Shown here in pieces: positions 22,784-34,068 of a stretch of 64,000 nt of DNA (its first letter is position 1; the number at the start of each line of letters is the position of its first letter). The position numbers and the translations under genes were made by a program. A model generated the notes under the pieces. That model saw only the letters and a list, made by a program, of their open reading frames with translations, was not told the origin of the DNA and ran no database searches. Source of the DNA: an uncultured Chloroflexia bacterium (lineage in GTDB: Bacteria; Chloroflexota; Anaerolineae; JAAYZQ01); assembly GCA_963700285.1 (NCBI GenBank), contig CAVOXA010000001.1, positions 1,784,101 through 1,848,100 on the forward strand. Reading direction: 5' to 3'.

Positions 22784-23515
22784 CTAGATGTACACTGGAA
22801 TCTCGGGCGGCGGATCGTCGCCCGAGATGGTCTTGACCTGGCGCGCTGGGACGCCGGCGACGACGGTGTGGGCCGGCACGTCTCGGGTGACGACGGCGCC
22901 GGCAGCCACGACGGCGCCGCGGCCGATGCGCACCCCGTCGGTGATGATGGCGCCGGCGCCGATCCAGACGTCGTCCTCGACGGTGATGCCCTGGGCGGTG
23001 ATGCCCTGCTCGACAAAGGGCCGCTGGGGGTCCGAGAACACGTGGTCCACGGCGGCCAGTTGAACCAGGGGCGAGGTATAGACGCGGTCGCCGATGGTGA
23101 TGCCGCCCTGGCCGCGCAGCACGTTGAACTCGCCGATGAGGCTGTCGCGCCCGATCTTGATGCCGGCGTGGGGCAGGTCGCGAAAGTTGTAGACGTGCAG
23201 CTCGGCGTGGTGCATCACCAGGGTATTGTCGCCGATCTCGATGCCGCCGGGGCAGGCGTGCAGGTAGACGCCCTCATCCAGGTAGACGCCCTTGCCCAGG
23301 CGTATCTGGCCGGCGAAGCGGATGCGGACGCCGCGCTCGATGGCAACCGTGCCCTCTATCCTCATGATGAGCCGGTAGGCCACGGCGCGCAGGCCGATGC
23401 CAACGACCGTGGGTATCCAGCCAAAGAGGGTCAGGATCAACTGCTCCCAGAGGTAGCGCCGCAGGCTGCTGGCCTGGCGGGAGAGATAGAGACCAAGGCT
23501 GTGGCTGGTGGTCAT
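22784..23515 (-). CDS. Hexapeptide-repeat acyltransferase
   Basis: [34 protein letters not shown]. Confidence 0.92.
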   Translation of the reverse strand: MTTSHSLGLYLSRQASSLRRYLWEQLILTLFGWIPTVVGIGLRAVAYRLIMRIEGTVAIERGVRIRFAGQIRLGKGVYLDEGVYLHACPGGIEIGDNTLVMHHAELHVYNFRDLPHAGIKIGRDSLIGEFNVLRGQGGITIGDRVYTSPLVQLAAVDHVFSDPQRPFVEQGITAQGITVEDDVWIGAGAIITDGVRIGRGAVVAAGAVVTRDVPAHTVVAGVPARQVKTISGDDPPPEIPVYI

Positions 23516-25332
23516 GGGCTTTCCGCCGCCTGGCGCATCCACTCTGCCCGCTCTTTGTCCCCAATGTGTTCGTACCAAAAGATCCTCGCCTCGAGTTGGC
23601 TCTGTTGCCTGTTCAAATCAGCCCATAGAGCGCGCCCCTTTTCCAACTGCCCGTTGGCAATGAGCGCCTCGCCATACAGTTGCCGCGTGGTCACGCTCTC
23701 GGGTTCGGCGGCATAGGCGGCCTCCAGGTGGGCCAGGGCGCTCTCGTACTGGCCCAGCGACAGCTCGATCATGCCCAGGCGCCGGTTGGCGGCGGAATTG
23801 CCAGGGTCAAAGGCCAGCGCGCGCTGGAACTCGGCCACGGGCTGGCTCAGATCGGCCTGGCGGCGAACCTCGTCCTGGATGGGCCATTCGGGCCAGGTAT
23901 AGACGCCCAGCTCGGCCTGGCTCTGGTGTACCGCGCCCAGGTTCGAAGAGATCCGCGATAGTATAGGCCCGCGAAGCAGTAGCGCCAGGCCCACCAGCAG
24001 GATGAGGCCGGCGGGCAGGATCCACGACAGCCAACGACTCGTTGGCCTGTGCAGCCGCAGGTAGGGTACGGCGAAGGCCAGGGGCACAAAGAGCAGCAGG
24101 ACGCCGCGGCTGCCGTACAGGACATCGTCCACCAGGCCGTGGACGAGGATGATGACCAGGCTCAGGGCCGCCGCGCCCAGCGCGCCCCGGCCGGAGCGAG
24201 GCCCCCGATGCAATAGCCCCCGCCCTACGGCTATGGCAAAGAGGATCCACATCCAGAGCAGGGCCAGCAGGGCCAGCAGCCCCTGTTCCACGGACACGTT
24301 GAGATAGAGGTTGTGGCTGTGGACCGTGTAGCCCACGTGGAGCTGCAGGACATAGGTGGAGTAGAGCATCTGGAAGCCGCCCAGGCCGGCGCCGATGACC
24401 GGATAATCACGTACCAGGCTGGGAGTGCTGCGCAGCAGTTCCGCCCGGCCGACGGCGGTGTTCTCGCCCGGCAGGGCCTCCAGAGCCGCTGTAATGCCCC
24501 CCGGCCAGACGAGCACAGCGACCAGGACGATGCCCACCAATCCGGCGACCAGGCCCGCGAACAGCCAGCCCTGTCTCTGCTTGCTGCCGGGACTGAGCAG
24601 GCCGGCAGCGGCCCACAGGAGGGCCAGCAACAGCGCGGCGCCCAACGCGATCCAGGCCGCCCGCGACGCGGTCATGGCCAAACCAAAGAGGGTGATTGCC
24701 AGAGCGACAATCGCCGCTGCCAGGGCCAGCCGCTGTCTGGACGCGCCTGGCTGCTGGGCCCGCCGGAGGTCGCGCCAGGACTGAAGGGTCGCCAGCCCGG
24801 CATAGGGCACGGCCATGGCCATCAGGCCGCCGGCGACGTTGGGATGGAGGCGGTGGCCGGGCAGCCGCGGCAGGGGCGCCTGCAGGGCCCTTCCCAGGGC
24901 AGCGAGCGCCGGGATCTTGGCCGGGTAGGCGTCCCAATCGTGGGTGAGCAAAAAGTAGGCCGCGACGCCTGTTCCCAGGAGGGCCAAGAGCCAGACGCGG
25001 ACCCGGGGAACCGGTTCGGCGTTGGCAAAGGCATAAAAAAGGAGCACGCCACCCAGGATCTGCCAGAATTTGGGCCAGGCGGCGGCACGGTCATAGGCGG
25101 CCCAGACGGCGACGCCGGCCGTGATCAGAAAGATCAAGAGGGGCGGGTCAAAGGCCGTTCGTCTGGTGGGCTGCCCCGTATGGACAAAGCGGATGGCCCA
25201 GGGCGCCAGGGCCAGGAGCAGCGGCCAGGGTCCAGCGCCGGGTAGAACGTACCAGATCCCGCCAGCCACAAGGGCACAGGCCAGATCGAGATAACAGAGC
25301 CAGTCGGGTGCGACTTCAGTGTGTTTGGGCAT
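23512..25332 (-). CDS. O-antigen ligase-family protein with C-terminal TPR
   Basis: HPNVAGG, TASRAAW and HSHNLYL motifs; TPR-like C-terminus. Confidence 0.88.
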   Translation of the reverse strand: MPKHTEVAPDWLCYLDLACALVAGGIWYVLPGAGPWPLLLALAPWAIRFVHTGQPTRRTAFDPPLLIFLITAGVAVWAAYDRAAAWPKFWQILGGVLLFYAFANAEPVPRVRVWLLALLGTGVAAYFLLTHDWDAYPAKIPALAALGRALQAPLPRLPGHRLHPNVAGGLMAMAVPYAGLATLQSWRDLRRAQQPGASRQRLALAAAIVALAITLFGLAMTASRAAWIALGAALLLALLWAAAGLLSPGSKQRQGWLFAGLVAGLVGIVLVAVLVWPGGITAALEALPGENTAVGRAELLRSTPSLVRDYPVIGAGLGGFQMLYSTYVLQLHVGYTVHSHNLYLNVSVEQGLLALLALLWMWILFAIAVGRGLLHRGPRSGRGALGAAALSLVIILVHGLVDDVLYGSRGVLLLFVPLAFAVPYLRLHRPTSRWLSWILPAGLILLVGLALLLRGPILSRISSNLGAVHQSQAELGVYTWPEWPIQDEVRRQADLSQPVAEFQRALAFDPGNSAANRRLGMIELSLGQYESALAHLEAAYAAEPESVTTRQLYGEALIANGQLEKGRALWADLNRQQSQLEARIFWYEHIGDKERAEWMRQAAESP

Positions 25333-25482
25333 GGGTCCGCTTTGGCAGGGTTGTGGCCTTTTTGTGCAAAGGCGCCTTGTTGTGTGCAAGACGCTCGGTG
25401 AGGCGTTGCCTGGTTTGCGTGGCGCGCCGGGGCACGCTCCGCCGTTCTGACACAATTTCTGTATCAGAATCGGCGTAGGTTC

Positions 25483-25516
25483 TGCCCGTCCGGCACTGTT
25501 TCGCTGCCGGACGGGC
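25483..25516. terminator. GC-rich hairpin in the leader of the glycan cluster
   Basis: GCCCGTCCGGCA-9 nt-TGCCGGACGGGC. Confidence 0.5.
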
Positions 25517-25565
25517 TCTTGGTTTCCTAGCGCGGCGCCGGTTCTTTGGAGAACCTGCGGCGCAT

Positions 25566-25628
25566 CAATCCTAGGCCAAAGCGTGCCAATCCTGGACTGA
25601 CGCGCGGCAATCCTGAACTGACGCGCTT
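25566..25628. promoter_or_regulatory. Three 21-bp-period direct repeats (CAATCCT...)
   Basis: CAATCCT at 25566, 25587 and 25608; units 2 and 3 are nearly identical. Confidence 0.6.
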
Positions 25629-26327
25629 CAGATGGCTGGCGGTTGTGCGGCGGATAGGCGCTTACTGGCGCTCGAGGACGGTTCTGGCCTTGTGGATGTC
25701 AAAGCTGCGGCTCGACGGTGTTGCGCGCGCCGTGTCGCCGAGAGGTGTATTCAGAAGATCCGCACCGCATGCCACACGCAGGCATTGATGGTCCGCGAGC
25801 GCATAGTAGCCCGTCTGTGTACACCGGCTATACCGGCCAAGCTCTGAAAAGGATATGGTCTGATCCCTGGAAATGCGTTCCCATGGTTCCTGCATCAGGT
25901 TCCTCGTGAAACACGCTCCGGTCCTGGAGCGACCGGCCAGAAGCCGTTGCCATCCCTTGGGATTTCAGTGAAAGGTTACAATAACAAGGTTTTCCATATA
26001 AACTAGGTGTTTTCACGTATGGAACCATTGTATCACGGTGAGGCTGTTTGTTCCATCCCCTTTGCGGCGGAGATCAGGGTGTAAACTCTTTCCCCCTGTG
26101 TGCTAGTCTGTGCTCGTGCCTGGGGCCTAGTCAGTGCTGCCACAAGTCGGACCGAGACTAGGCCTTGCTCCTCGACGCTGCCGGTCCGGCGTTCCACTGG
26201 GTTAGCGGCGTTCGAAAGCCGGAGCGCGCCCGTACTCCAGTCGGGGCCCTGGACCCGATCGTGCCGCCACCGGGATGAAGGCCATGACCCCCTGATGCCA
26301 AAGCCGTACCTGCCCTATCCCATGTTT

Positions 26328-26357
26328 TTGACCGCTGGAGAGCAGGTGTGCTATAAT
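26328..26357 (+). promoter_or_regulatory. Promoter of the histidine kinase operon
   Basis: TTGACC-18 bp-TATAAT, with an extended TG. Confidence 0.7.
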
Positions 26358-26391
26358 GGCCGCGCCAAGTGGTAGGGAGATATGATAGCCT

Positions 26392-29319
26392 ATGATGGAT
26401 GGTACGCCAGAAGTGCGGCGTGATTCAGGGTTGCACTACCGGATGATCGCGGATTTTGCCTATGACTGGGAGACCTGGGAAGACCCTGACGGAACCCTCC
26501 GCTACGTTTCCCCCTCCTGCGAGCGGATTACCGGCTATCCTGCTGAAGCCTTTTTTCAAGATCCAAACCTCTTCGAGGCCTTGATCCTGGCCCCGGACCG
26601 CGAGGACTGGGCCAGCCACCGGCATAGCGCCCAGCCGGGCGAGCCAGGCGAGGCGCAGTTCCGCATCCGACGGCGCGACGGCGAAACGCGCTGGATCGAG
26701 CATATTTGCCAGCCTGTGATGGATGCCGAGAAGGGGTATCTGGGGTACCGGGCCAGCAACCGCGACATCACCCAGCGCAAACGTGCCGAAGAAGAACTGC
26801 GGCGCTATCAGGAAAACCTCGAGGAGCTGGCCGCTGAGCGTACGGCCGAGCTGGCAGAGATCAATGCGGCGCTCAGAAAAGAGATAGCGGGTCGAAGACG
26901 GGTGGAGGAGTCGCTGCAGCGCAGCGAAGAGCGATATGCGCTGGCCCAGCGAGCCGCCAACGTCGGGAGCTGGGACTGGAACCTTCAGACAGGCGAACTG
27001 TACTGGTCCGAGCAGATCGCGCCCATGTTCGGGCTTGACGAGGGGGGCTTTGAGGCGACCTATGACGCGTTCCTGTCATGCGTCCACCCCGAGGACCGCC
27101 AGCGAGTGATGGACGCCGTCGATGCCTGCGTCGAGCAGGGGGCGGCCTATGCCATCGACCACCGCGTTGTCTGGCCGGATGGGAGTGTGCGCTGGGTCTC
27201 AGAGACCGGCGATGTTGTCCGTGACCAGGCCGGCCATGGGCTGCGGATGATGGGCGTGGTCCGCGACATCACCAGCCGGAAACAGGCGGAAGAGTCGCTG
27301 CGAGCCTCGGAGCGATTCCTGCAATCTACACTCGATGCGCTCTCGGCCAATATTGCCATCCTCGATGGACGGGGTACCATCCTCTCTGTCAATGCCTCGT
27401 GGCGGGCCTTTGCACAGGCAAATGGTCTGTCGTGGGCGGATTATGGCGTGGGGAGAAACTATTTGCATGCGCTCGCGCCGGTGCGGAGAGAGGCGGGGGA
27501 CGGCGCTGATCAGGCTGAGAGAGAGATCAAGGCGTTGCTCTCGGGCGAACTCGATCAGTTCTGGCTCGAGTACGCCTGCCACAGCCCTACTGAGAAGCGG
27601 TGGTTCATGATGCGCGCCACGCGTTTCCTGGGCAACGAAGGCACGCGGGTAGTGATCTCACACCAAGATGTCACCGAGCGCAAGCTGGCAGAGCAGGCGC
27701 TGCAGGCCCAGTCCGACGAGGTGAGCCAGAGGGTCAAGGAGCTGAACTGCCTGTATGGGATCTCGCACCTGGTTGAGCAGCCGGGCATCTCCTTCGAGGA
27801 GATCCTTCAGGGAACCGCGGAACTAGTCCCGGCAGCGTGGCAGCATTCCGAGATCTGCGGCGCACGGATTCTCCTGGAGGGACAGGAATTCAAGACCGCG
27901 AATTTTCGAAACACAGATTGGTGCACGGCGCAACTCGTTTCGGTGAGTGGCGTGCCGGTGGGCAGCGTCGAGGCCTGTTACCTGGAGGCGGTGCCGCCAG
28001 CCGACCAGGGGCCTTTCCTCGATGGGGAGATTGACTTGCTGCGGGCCATCGCCCAGCGCCTGGGCCGGATCGTCGAGCGGGTGCGCGTGGCGGAGGACCT
28101 GCAGAAGGCTAAAGAAGCTGCCGAAGGGGCCATGCGCCGGGAAGAGGAGCGCAGGCGGGAGGCGGAGCGGCGGGGCCAGATAGCCGAAAGCCTGGCGGGC
28201 GTTCTGGCGGCGCTGAACTCTAACCAGAGCCTGGACGAGGTATTGGACCTGATCGCCATGCAAGCCAGGGTCCTGCTGGGGACGCGCGCGGTTGGCATCT
28301 ACAGCTTGGAGGATGAGGCTGGCACCCTGGCTATCCAGACGGCGCAGGGCCTGCTGGTGGCCTACGTTGCTGGCACGAACGCGCCTATCGGCCAGGGAGC
28401 CCTGAGACAGGCCATGGTTTCGCGCCAGCCTGTACCGGTCCCCGACGTGAGCGTAGAGCTGGCCAGCGGCGCCGACCTCGTACTCGACGCTGAGCGCCGA
28501 GACCGGGCGGGGCATTGGGCGAATGTGTATCGGGCCCTGCTGGCCGTGCCCATCACGATGCAGGACCAAATCTACGGGGGCATGCTGCTCTACTATGGCC
28601 AGCCGCGAATCTTTTCCGAGGAGGATATCGAGCTGGCGCTTCTCTTTGGCGAACAGGCGGCCCTGGCGGTGGAGAACGCGAGGCTGCGGAACCAGGTCGA
28701 GCGGGCTGCTGCGACGGCCGAGCGCAGTCGCCTGGCACGCGAGTTGCACGATGCGGTTACACAGACGCTGTTTTCGGCCAGCCTGATCGCTGAGGCCCTG
28801 CCCCGTCTGTGGGCCGCGCATCCAGACGAAGGACTCTGTGGCCTGGAAGAGCTACGCGAGCTGACGCGCGGGGCGCTGGCCGAGATGCGGACCCTGCTGC
28901 TGGAGCTGCGGCCGGCGGGCCTGGCGGAGAAACCTCTGGGCCAACTTCTCCGCCACTTGACCGAGGCCATGACCAGCCGGACCCGAGTACCCATCAGCCT
29001 AGTGGTGGAGGGTCATAGTTTGCTTCCGGCAGACCAGCAGATCGCGCTGTACCGAATTTCCCAGGAAGCGCTGAACAACATATCCAAACATTCAGGGGCC
29101 GGCCGGGTATCCGTAGAATTGCGCTGCCAGCCGGACCGGGTCACGCTCTGCGTGGCCGACGATGGCAGCGGTTTCGACCCTGGCATGGTGCGGCCAGACA
29201 GGTTTGGGATGGGCATGATGCGCGAGCGGGCCGAGGGCATCGGTGCCCACCTGGAAGTGAGAAGCCAGCCGGGACAGGGCACCCGGGTCATGGTCGACTG
29301 GCAACAGGAGAGGGAGTGA
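26392..29319 (+). CDS. Multi-PAS/GAF sensor histidine kinase (HisKA_3, NarX-type)
   Basis: Three PAS/PAC domains and GAF domains; ERSRLARELHDAVTQ; QEALNNISKH; DDGSGFD. Confidence 0.95.
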   Translation: MMDGTPEVRRDSGLHYRMIADFAYDWETWEDPDGTLRYVSPSCERITGYPAEAFFQDPNLFEALILAPDREDWASHRHSAQPGEPGEAQFRIRRRDGETRWIEHICQPVMDAEKGYLGYRASNRDITQRKRAEEELRRYQENLEELAAERTAELAEINAALRKEIAGRRRVEESLQRSEERYALAQRAANVGSWDWNLQTGELYWSEQIAPMFGLDEGGFEATYDAFLSCVHPEDRQRVMDAVDACVEQGAAYAIDHRVVWPDGSVRWVSETGDVVRDQAGHGLRMMGVVRDITSRKQAEESLRASERFLQSTLDALSANIAILDGRGTILSVNASWRAFAQANGLSWADYGVGRNYLHALAPVRREAGDGADQAEREIKALLSGELDQFWLEYACHSPTEKRWFMMRATRFLGNEGTRVVISHQDVTERKLAEQALQAQSDEVSQRVKELNCLYGISHLVEQPGISFEEILQGTAELVPAAWQHSEICGARILLEGQEFKTANFRNTDWCTAQLVSVSGVPVGSVEACYLEAVPPADQGPFLDGEIDLLRAIAQRLGRIVERVRVAEDLQKAKEAAEGAMRREEERRREAERRGQIAESLAGVLAALNSNQSLDEVLDLIAMQARVLLGTRAVGIYSLEDEAGTLAIQTAQGLLVAYVAGTNAPIGQGALRQAMVSRQPVPVPDVSVELASGADLVLDAERRDRAGHWANVYRALLAVPITMQDQIYGGMLLYYGQPRIFSEEDIELALLFGEQAALAVENARLRNQVERAAATAERSRLARELHDAVTQTLFSASLIAEALPRLWAAHPDEGLCGLEELRELTRGALAEMRTLLLELRPAGLAEKPLGQLLRHLTEAMTSRTRVPISLVVEGHSLLPADQQIALYRISQEALNNISKHSGAGRVSVELRCQPDRVTLCVADDGSGFDPGMVRPDRFGMGMMRERAEGIGAHLEVRSQPGQGTRVMVDWQQERE

Positions 29320-29326
29320 GTATACG

Positions 29327-29968
29327 GTGAAAGAGGACAATCGCGTGCGTGTGATGGTGGTCGATGACCACACGGTGGTCCGCAGTGGTATCCGCTATTC
29401 GCTGCTGGCCTTTGACGATATCGAGCTGGTGGCGGAGGCCGGGGGCGGTCATGAGGCTCTGCGGTTGTGCGCCGAGGCCCGGCCAGAGGTCATACTGATG
29501 GACATGATGATGCCCGGCATGGATGGCGTAGCTACAACGAAGGCAATCCTTGCAGAGCATCCGCAGGTACGGATCATTGCGCTCACCAGCTTCCAGGAAG
29601 GGAGCCTCGTGCAGGATGCCCTGCAGGCCGGGGCCATCAGCTACTTGCTCAAGGATGTGGACATGGATGAGCTGGCCGCTGCCATTCGCTCCGCGTTGGT
29701 CGGGCAGGCGAGACTCGCACCCGAAGCTGCTCAGGCCCTGGCAGGAGTGGTGGCCCACCCCTTTGATCTGGGCGGCGACCTGACGGCGCGAGAACGGGAC
29801 GTATTGGCGCTGGTGGTTGAGGGAAAGAGCAACGCAGAGATTGCCGAGGAGCTTGGGGTCAGCCTATCCACGGCCAGGTTCCACGTCAGCATCATCATTG
29901 ACAAGTTGGGGGCCGCCAACCGCACCCAGGCGGCTGCCCTGGCTGTGAGGCACAGGTTGGTACTCTAG
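29327..29968 (+). CDS. NarL/LuxR-family response regulator
   Basis: VVDDH, LMDMMMP, LTARERDVL...SNAEIAEEL. Confidence 0.95.
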   Translation: MKEDNRVRVMVVDDHTVVRSGIRYSLLAFDDIELVAEAGGGHEALRLCAEARPEVILMDMMMPGMDGVATTKAILAEHPQVRIIALTSFQEGSLVQDALQAGAISYLLKDVDMDELAAAIRSALVGQARLAPEAAQALAGVVAHPFDLGGDLTARERDVLALVVEGKSNAEIAEELGVSLSTARFHVSIIIDKLGAANRTQAAALAVRHRLVL

Positions 29969-30122
29969 CAGACGATACTCCGATTGGTAGGCGATCTCCT
30001 CAGGTGCAAAAGGCGCCCGAGGAGATTTTCTTTGGGCGCGAGTGCAAACGGCCCGCCTGTCGATCCTTTGGGATCTGGTTCGTTCATACGCGCAGGCTGG
30101 TGCGGCATGGCCTGAGGTAGGG

Positions 30123-30215
30123 CTTGTACATTCGTACGGGCCGGGACCTGTACAAGTGTACAGGGGAAAGACTGTACGAATGCCTGATGCGGAATGGTGC
30201 AGCTCATGATATACT
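30123..30215 (+). promoter_or_regulatory. Activated promoter: three 18-bp boxes at 24-bp period plus -10 TATACT
   Basis: CTTGTACATTCGTACGGG (30123), CCTGTACAAGTGTACAGG (30147), ACTGTACGAATGCCTGAT (30171), TATACT (30210). Confidence 0.75.
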
Positions 30216-30314
30216 GGCTGCAGTCGCATGAAAAACCCGCAGCCTGGCGGCGGACGGAGCACCTTTCTGGATCGAACTGCGACCGACAGGTGGTTTGTGG
30301 AAGGGTAGGTACCT

Positions 30315-30734
30315 ATGGGCAACCTTACGGAACTGCGCATCCTGCTCGCGGATGACGATGCTCGGGTTCGCTCAGCGCTGCACACGCTGCTGGCCCAGGT
30401 GGCGCAGCCGATCGTGGTCCGTGAATGCCCGGATATCGGATGCCTGGCAGTCGAGATCAAGGGTTTTGAGCCCGATGTGGTGCTGCTGGATTGGGAGCTT
30501 CCTGGCCGGCCGGCTGCGGCGCTGCTTTTCGCCTTCCACGGCCTGGAGTCGAAGCCAAAGGTGATCATCCTCAGTGCTCGCCCGGAGACAGAACCAGAGG
30601 CCATGCGTGCAGGCGCCGATGCTTTCGTAAGCAAAGGGGAGCCGCCAGAACGGCTCTTGACTGCATTCCGAGAGTTGGTAGGGGACTTGGTGGGAACGGC
30701 GGCAACTGGACAAAAATCGACGTCTGAGGTATAA
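30315..30734 (+). CDS. Stand-alone response regulator receiver domain
   Basis: ILLADDD; VLLDWELP; ADAFVSK. Confidence 0.9.
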   Translation: MGNLTELRILLADDDARVRSALHTLLAQVAQPIVVRECPDIGCLAVEIKGFEPDVVLLDWELPGRPAAALLFAFHGLESKPKVIILSARPETEPEAMRAGADAFVSKGEPPERLLTAFRELVGDLVGTAATGQKSTSEV

Positions 30735-30857
30735 TACTCGCAGCGCATGTCTGCTCATGCTGGGATCCGTCTGGACAGGTCTCCAAACTTGGCGGTCCTT
30801 GAGACAAGATCGAGTGACCGGTTCTACTTATCATAAGATAGCGGGAGGAAAGGCAAA

Positions 30858-31346
30858 ATGTCTAATCTGATCGTAATTCTGTTTGACAACGCGGAGGAAG
30901 CGGGCCAAGTTCGCGATACCTTGCGCTCGGCGCAGCGCGAGGACTATATCAGCCTCGATGACTCGGCCGTGGTGGTCAAAGACGAGCATGGCAAGATCCA
31001 CGTCAAGAACGAGATGGATCGTGGCGTCAAGATCGGCGCGGTCGGCGGCGGCTTGCTTGGCTTGATGTTGGCCGGCATTTTTTTCCCGGTTGGTGGGTTG
31101 ATCATCGGCGCCGTTGGTGGCGCGCTGGTGGGCAAGGCATTCAACACGGGCATCGACCAAAAGTTTGTCAAGGACGTGGAAGCAGAGATGCAGCCAGGAA
31201 CCTCGGCCATCTTTTTCATCGTCCGTGAGGCGAACGCCGACATGGCGGTTGCCGCTCTCAGGCCCTACAAGGGCAAGGTGCTGCAGACGACACTTCCCGA
31301 GGAAGATGAGGAAGAACTGCGCCGGGTCCTGAAGAAAAAGATCTAG
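30858..31346 (+). CDS. DUF1269-family membrane protein
   Basis: LDDSAVVVKDEHGK; glycine-zipper TM; GIDQKFVK...PGTSAIF. Confidence 0.88.
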   Translation: MSNLIVILFDNAEEAGQVRDTLRSAQREDYISLDDSAVVVKDEHGKIHVKNEMDRGVKIGAVGGGLLGLMLAGIFFPVGGLIIGAVGGALVGKAFNTGIDQKFVKDVEAEMQPGTSAIFFIVREANADMAVAALRPYKGKVLQTTLPEEDEEELRRVLKKKI

Positions 31347-31436
31347 GGCGAGAGCGACCAAGGTCTCAGCAGGGTGGCGTCTGGCTGAGACCTCTGATAT
31401 TGAATCACCGGTCCGCCCCGGGAGGCTAGAGGTGCT

Positions 31437-32579
31437 ATGGTAGATATTCCCATCGAGGCCAATGTCGAGTGTGCTGACGGTCCTTGCGGCAAGTCTGTTA
31501 CGGTTATCGTTAACCCCGCGACCAGGAAAGTGACCCATTTCGTCGTCCAGGAGAAGGCTTTCCTCGATGCGGAACAGCGTATGGTGCCTGTGGCAGAGGT
31601 GCTAGAGACGACTTTAGAATTGATCCGCCTGCGCTGCACCAAAGAGCAGGTGGCCAACATGGAGCACTTTGTCGAACGACGCTTCATTGAGGACCAGTGG
31701 GATGAGGCTGCCTATTGGGCTGCGGCAGGCGACATGTACTATGCAGAACCCTACGCTACGCCGGCAATGCCCCTTTACGAAGAGATAGAGCGGGTCCCGC
31801 CAGGCGATCTGGCCGTACACCGTGGAGACTGGGTGGAAGCCACGGACGGGCACGTCGGCGCCGTAGGCGAACTTGTCATGGATCCTGATAGTGAGCAGAT
31901 CACCCACCTGGTACTCCAGGGGGGGCACCTGTGGGGCAAACGGGAGATCACGGTGCCCCTTTCGGCCATCGATCGGGCCGCACTGGGTACCGTCTACCTG
32001 AAGCTTGACAAGCAGGCCGTCGAGCAGTTGCCGTCCATCGCCCTTACCCGGCACTATCGCAAAGCCAAGGCCGAAGGCAAGGACGTTGAATTGGTGACCA
32101 AGGTCTTTGAGCAGCCAGATGGTGCAAACCAAGCCCTGAAATCTGTCGAGGACCTGCAGCGGCGAAAGGCCCTCAAGATCCTTGACGCTGCCGTTTTGGT
32201 CAAAGAGCAGGACGGTTCGACTTCCTTCAAGGATATCAAGGATCTGGAGCCGGGTAAAGGGCGCCTGCTGGGAGCCATTGCCGGGGGGCTGGTTGGTCTT
32301 ATCGGCGGCCCGGTGGGCGTGGTCGTGGGAGCGCTGGCGGGCCTGGGTGTAGGGAGTCTGGCTGCCAAATGGGTCGACCTGGGCTTCTCTGACAAATTCC
32401 TGGCGGGCCTACAGGAGCATCTTCAGCCTGGGTCTTCTGCTCTGGTCGTCCTGGTGGAGAATGACTCGGCCCAGTCCCTGGCGGACGCCTTGGATGGACA
32501 GGACGGTGTGATCTTGAGGCAGCCGCTCACGGATGAAATGCTTGGGGCACTGATGCAGGGTGACGAGCCAGATAGCTAG
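31437..32579 (+). CDS. PRC-barrel plus DUF1269 fusion protein
   Basis: Two PRC-like repeats (VECADGPCG; VEATDGHVG...ITHLV) followed by a DUF1269 domain. Confidence 0.8.
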   Translation: MVDIPIEANVECADGPCGKSVTVIVNPATRKVTHFVVQEKAFLDAEQRMVPVAEVLETTLELIRLRCTKEQVANMEHFVERRFIEDQWDEAAYWAAAGDMYYAEPYATPAMPLYEEIERVPPGDLAVHRGDWVEATDGHVGAVGELVMDPDSEQITHLVLQGGHLWGKREITVPLSAIDRAALGTVYLKLDKQAVEQLPSIALTRHYRKAKAEGKDVELVTKVFEQPDGANQALKSVEDLQRRKALKILDAAVLVKEQDGSTSFKDIKDLEPGKGRLLGAIAGGLVGLIGGPVGVVVGALAGLGVGSLAAKWVDLGFSDKFLAGLQEHLQPGSSALVVLVENDSAQSLADALDGQDGVILRQPLTDEMLGALMQGDEPDS

Positions 32580-32624
32580 GGCCTCCGCCCAAGCGGCAAG
32601 CGGCTCGGCGCCCAGTTGCATCTA

Positions 32625-32653
32625 TTGACATGAATTGCCTGTTCTGGTATAAT
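32625..32653 (+). promoter_or_regulatory. Consensus sigma70 promoter
   Basis: TTGACA-17 bp-TATAAT. Confidence 0.85.
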
Positions 32654-32793
32654 GTGCTCAGGCAGTTTGGCTATCGTTGCGACCAGAAAGAAAGGAGGGT
32701 TGCTTATCGACCAAGCCCGCGCAGTGGTTTTGCTGTCCCCGTCGTATTTGTAGTATATTCTATTACAACAGATTCATTCAAGGAGGAAATGAG

Positions 32794-33348
32794 ATGAGCG
32801 CGGAAGCAACAAGTCTGGAGACCAAGGCTCGCCCTTGGGGCATACTTCTCGTCGAGGGTATCATCGCTGTCGTCATCGGTGCTATTCTGCTGTGGGCACC
32901 CCTCGGGGCCAAGGTTCGTACCTACGAGATCCTGGTTGCGGCGCTGGGCCTCTACTGGGTCATCTCGGGTATCATGACCCTTGTCCACATGTTCCAGGAC
33001 CACAGCGCCTGGGGCTGGAAGCTGTTCATGGGCGTCATTAGCATCATTGCCGGCGCCTACGTCTTGATGTATCCAGTGGCAGCCGGCGTGGCCCTGCCCA
33101 AGATCTTTGTGCTGGTCCTGGGCATCTGGGGCATCATCGAGGGCATCGTCATGCTCGTCATGGCCTTCAAGGGCGGAGGCTGGGGTATCGGCATCTTGGG
33201 TGGCCTGTGGCTCATCCTTGGCATCTACCTCGTGGCCAACTGGTCTGTGCTAGGAATGGGCCTGGCCTTCCTCTGGGCCGCGGCCTTCACCGCCATCATA
33301 GGCGGCATATTCATGATCGTCGTCGCCTTCCGGCAGAGATCTGCTTGA
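32794..33348 (+). CDS. HdeD/DUF308 family membrane protein
   Basis: Six TM helices; W-x-x-LL-x-GI pattern; AGGAGG RBS. Confidence 0.88.
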   Translation: MSAEATSLETKARPWGILLVEGIIAVVIGAILLWAPLGAKVRTYEILVAALGLYWVISGIMTLVHMFQDHSAWGWKLFMGVISIIAGAYVLMYPVAAGVALPKIFVLVLGIWGIIEGIVMLVMAFKGGGWGIGILGGLWLILGIYLVANWSVLGMGLAFLWAAAFTAIIGGIFMIVVAFRQRSA

Positions 33349-33424
33349 CGTCGTTCAGCTGGTAGGCGCCATGGCGATGGGTTTCCCTGATACTTGGACG
33401 TCGCCCTGGTTGGTGGGCTCGTAG

Positions 33425-33465
33425 AAAAAAGAGGGACGGGGCTTGATTGCTCCGTCCCTCTTTTC
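33425..33465 (+). terminator. Intrinsic (probably bidirectional) terminator
   Basis: AAAAGAGGGACGG...CCGTCCCTCTTTT. Confidence 0.8.
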
Positions 33466-33620
33466 TATGGGTTGTGGATACCTTTTACCAAGGTCGCTTC
33501 GCGTACCAGCCGGGCCAGGGTTGTCAGGGTCGACCAGGTGTCAGCCAGGAAGCCGAGGCGTAGCTGCCCCCGGAAAGCCTCGGACCCTCAGTCCCTCCAT
33601 CCTGGCTGGAAGCGAGTCGC

Positions 33621-33854
33621 TCAGATCCAGATTTCGCCTTCGGGCCCGAAAGCCAGCGGGCCGGCGTCGACGCGCGCTTGATCTGGTCCCAGGCCAAACA
33701 GCTTCCACTCACCTTCAGTGGTGCCCGACGCCACCCGCAGCATGCCATCTGAGGCAACGGTGAGGCTGCGGAGCGCCCTGTCCAGGAGCCCTGGCGCCAT
33801 GTGGAACCTGGCGGTCGAGCCGTCGAAATGCCAGAGTTCGCCGTCCATGACCAA
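33621..33854 (-). pseudogene. Fragment of a beta-propeller (two-component regulator propeller-like) protein
   Basis: GELWHFDG...LTVASDGML...LAFGPEGEIWI repeats; no intact gene. Confidence 0.4.
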
Positions 33855-34068
33855 CGAACAGGATCTCTTCGAGGTGAATTCCTTGGTGACTAAACATAAA
33901 CAGGCTGCTGGTAGGTGGCCAGAACGTCGTCAGCGCCGTACAATGTGCAGCCAAAGCGCGGGATAGGTACTGCCGAATAGGGTCTGGGAATGGAAGATGC
34001 TGCCCGTCTGACTCTGGCTTGCTAGCTGAGTGGGGAAATACCCTCAAGAGCCTGATACCCTTGATTCA

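Noticed and set aside
25790-25970. c-di-GMP or c-di-AMP riboswitch in the glycan-cluster leader
   Set aside because: The conserved motifs could not be matched by eye; an Infernal scan would be needed.
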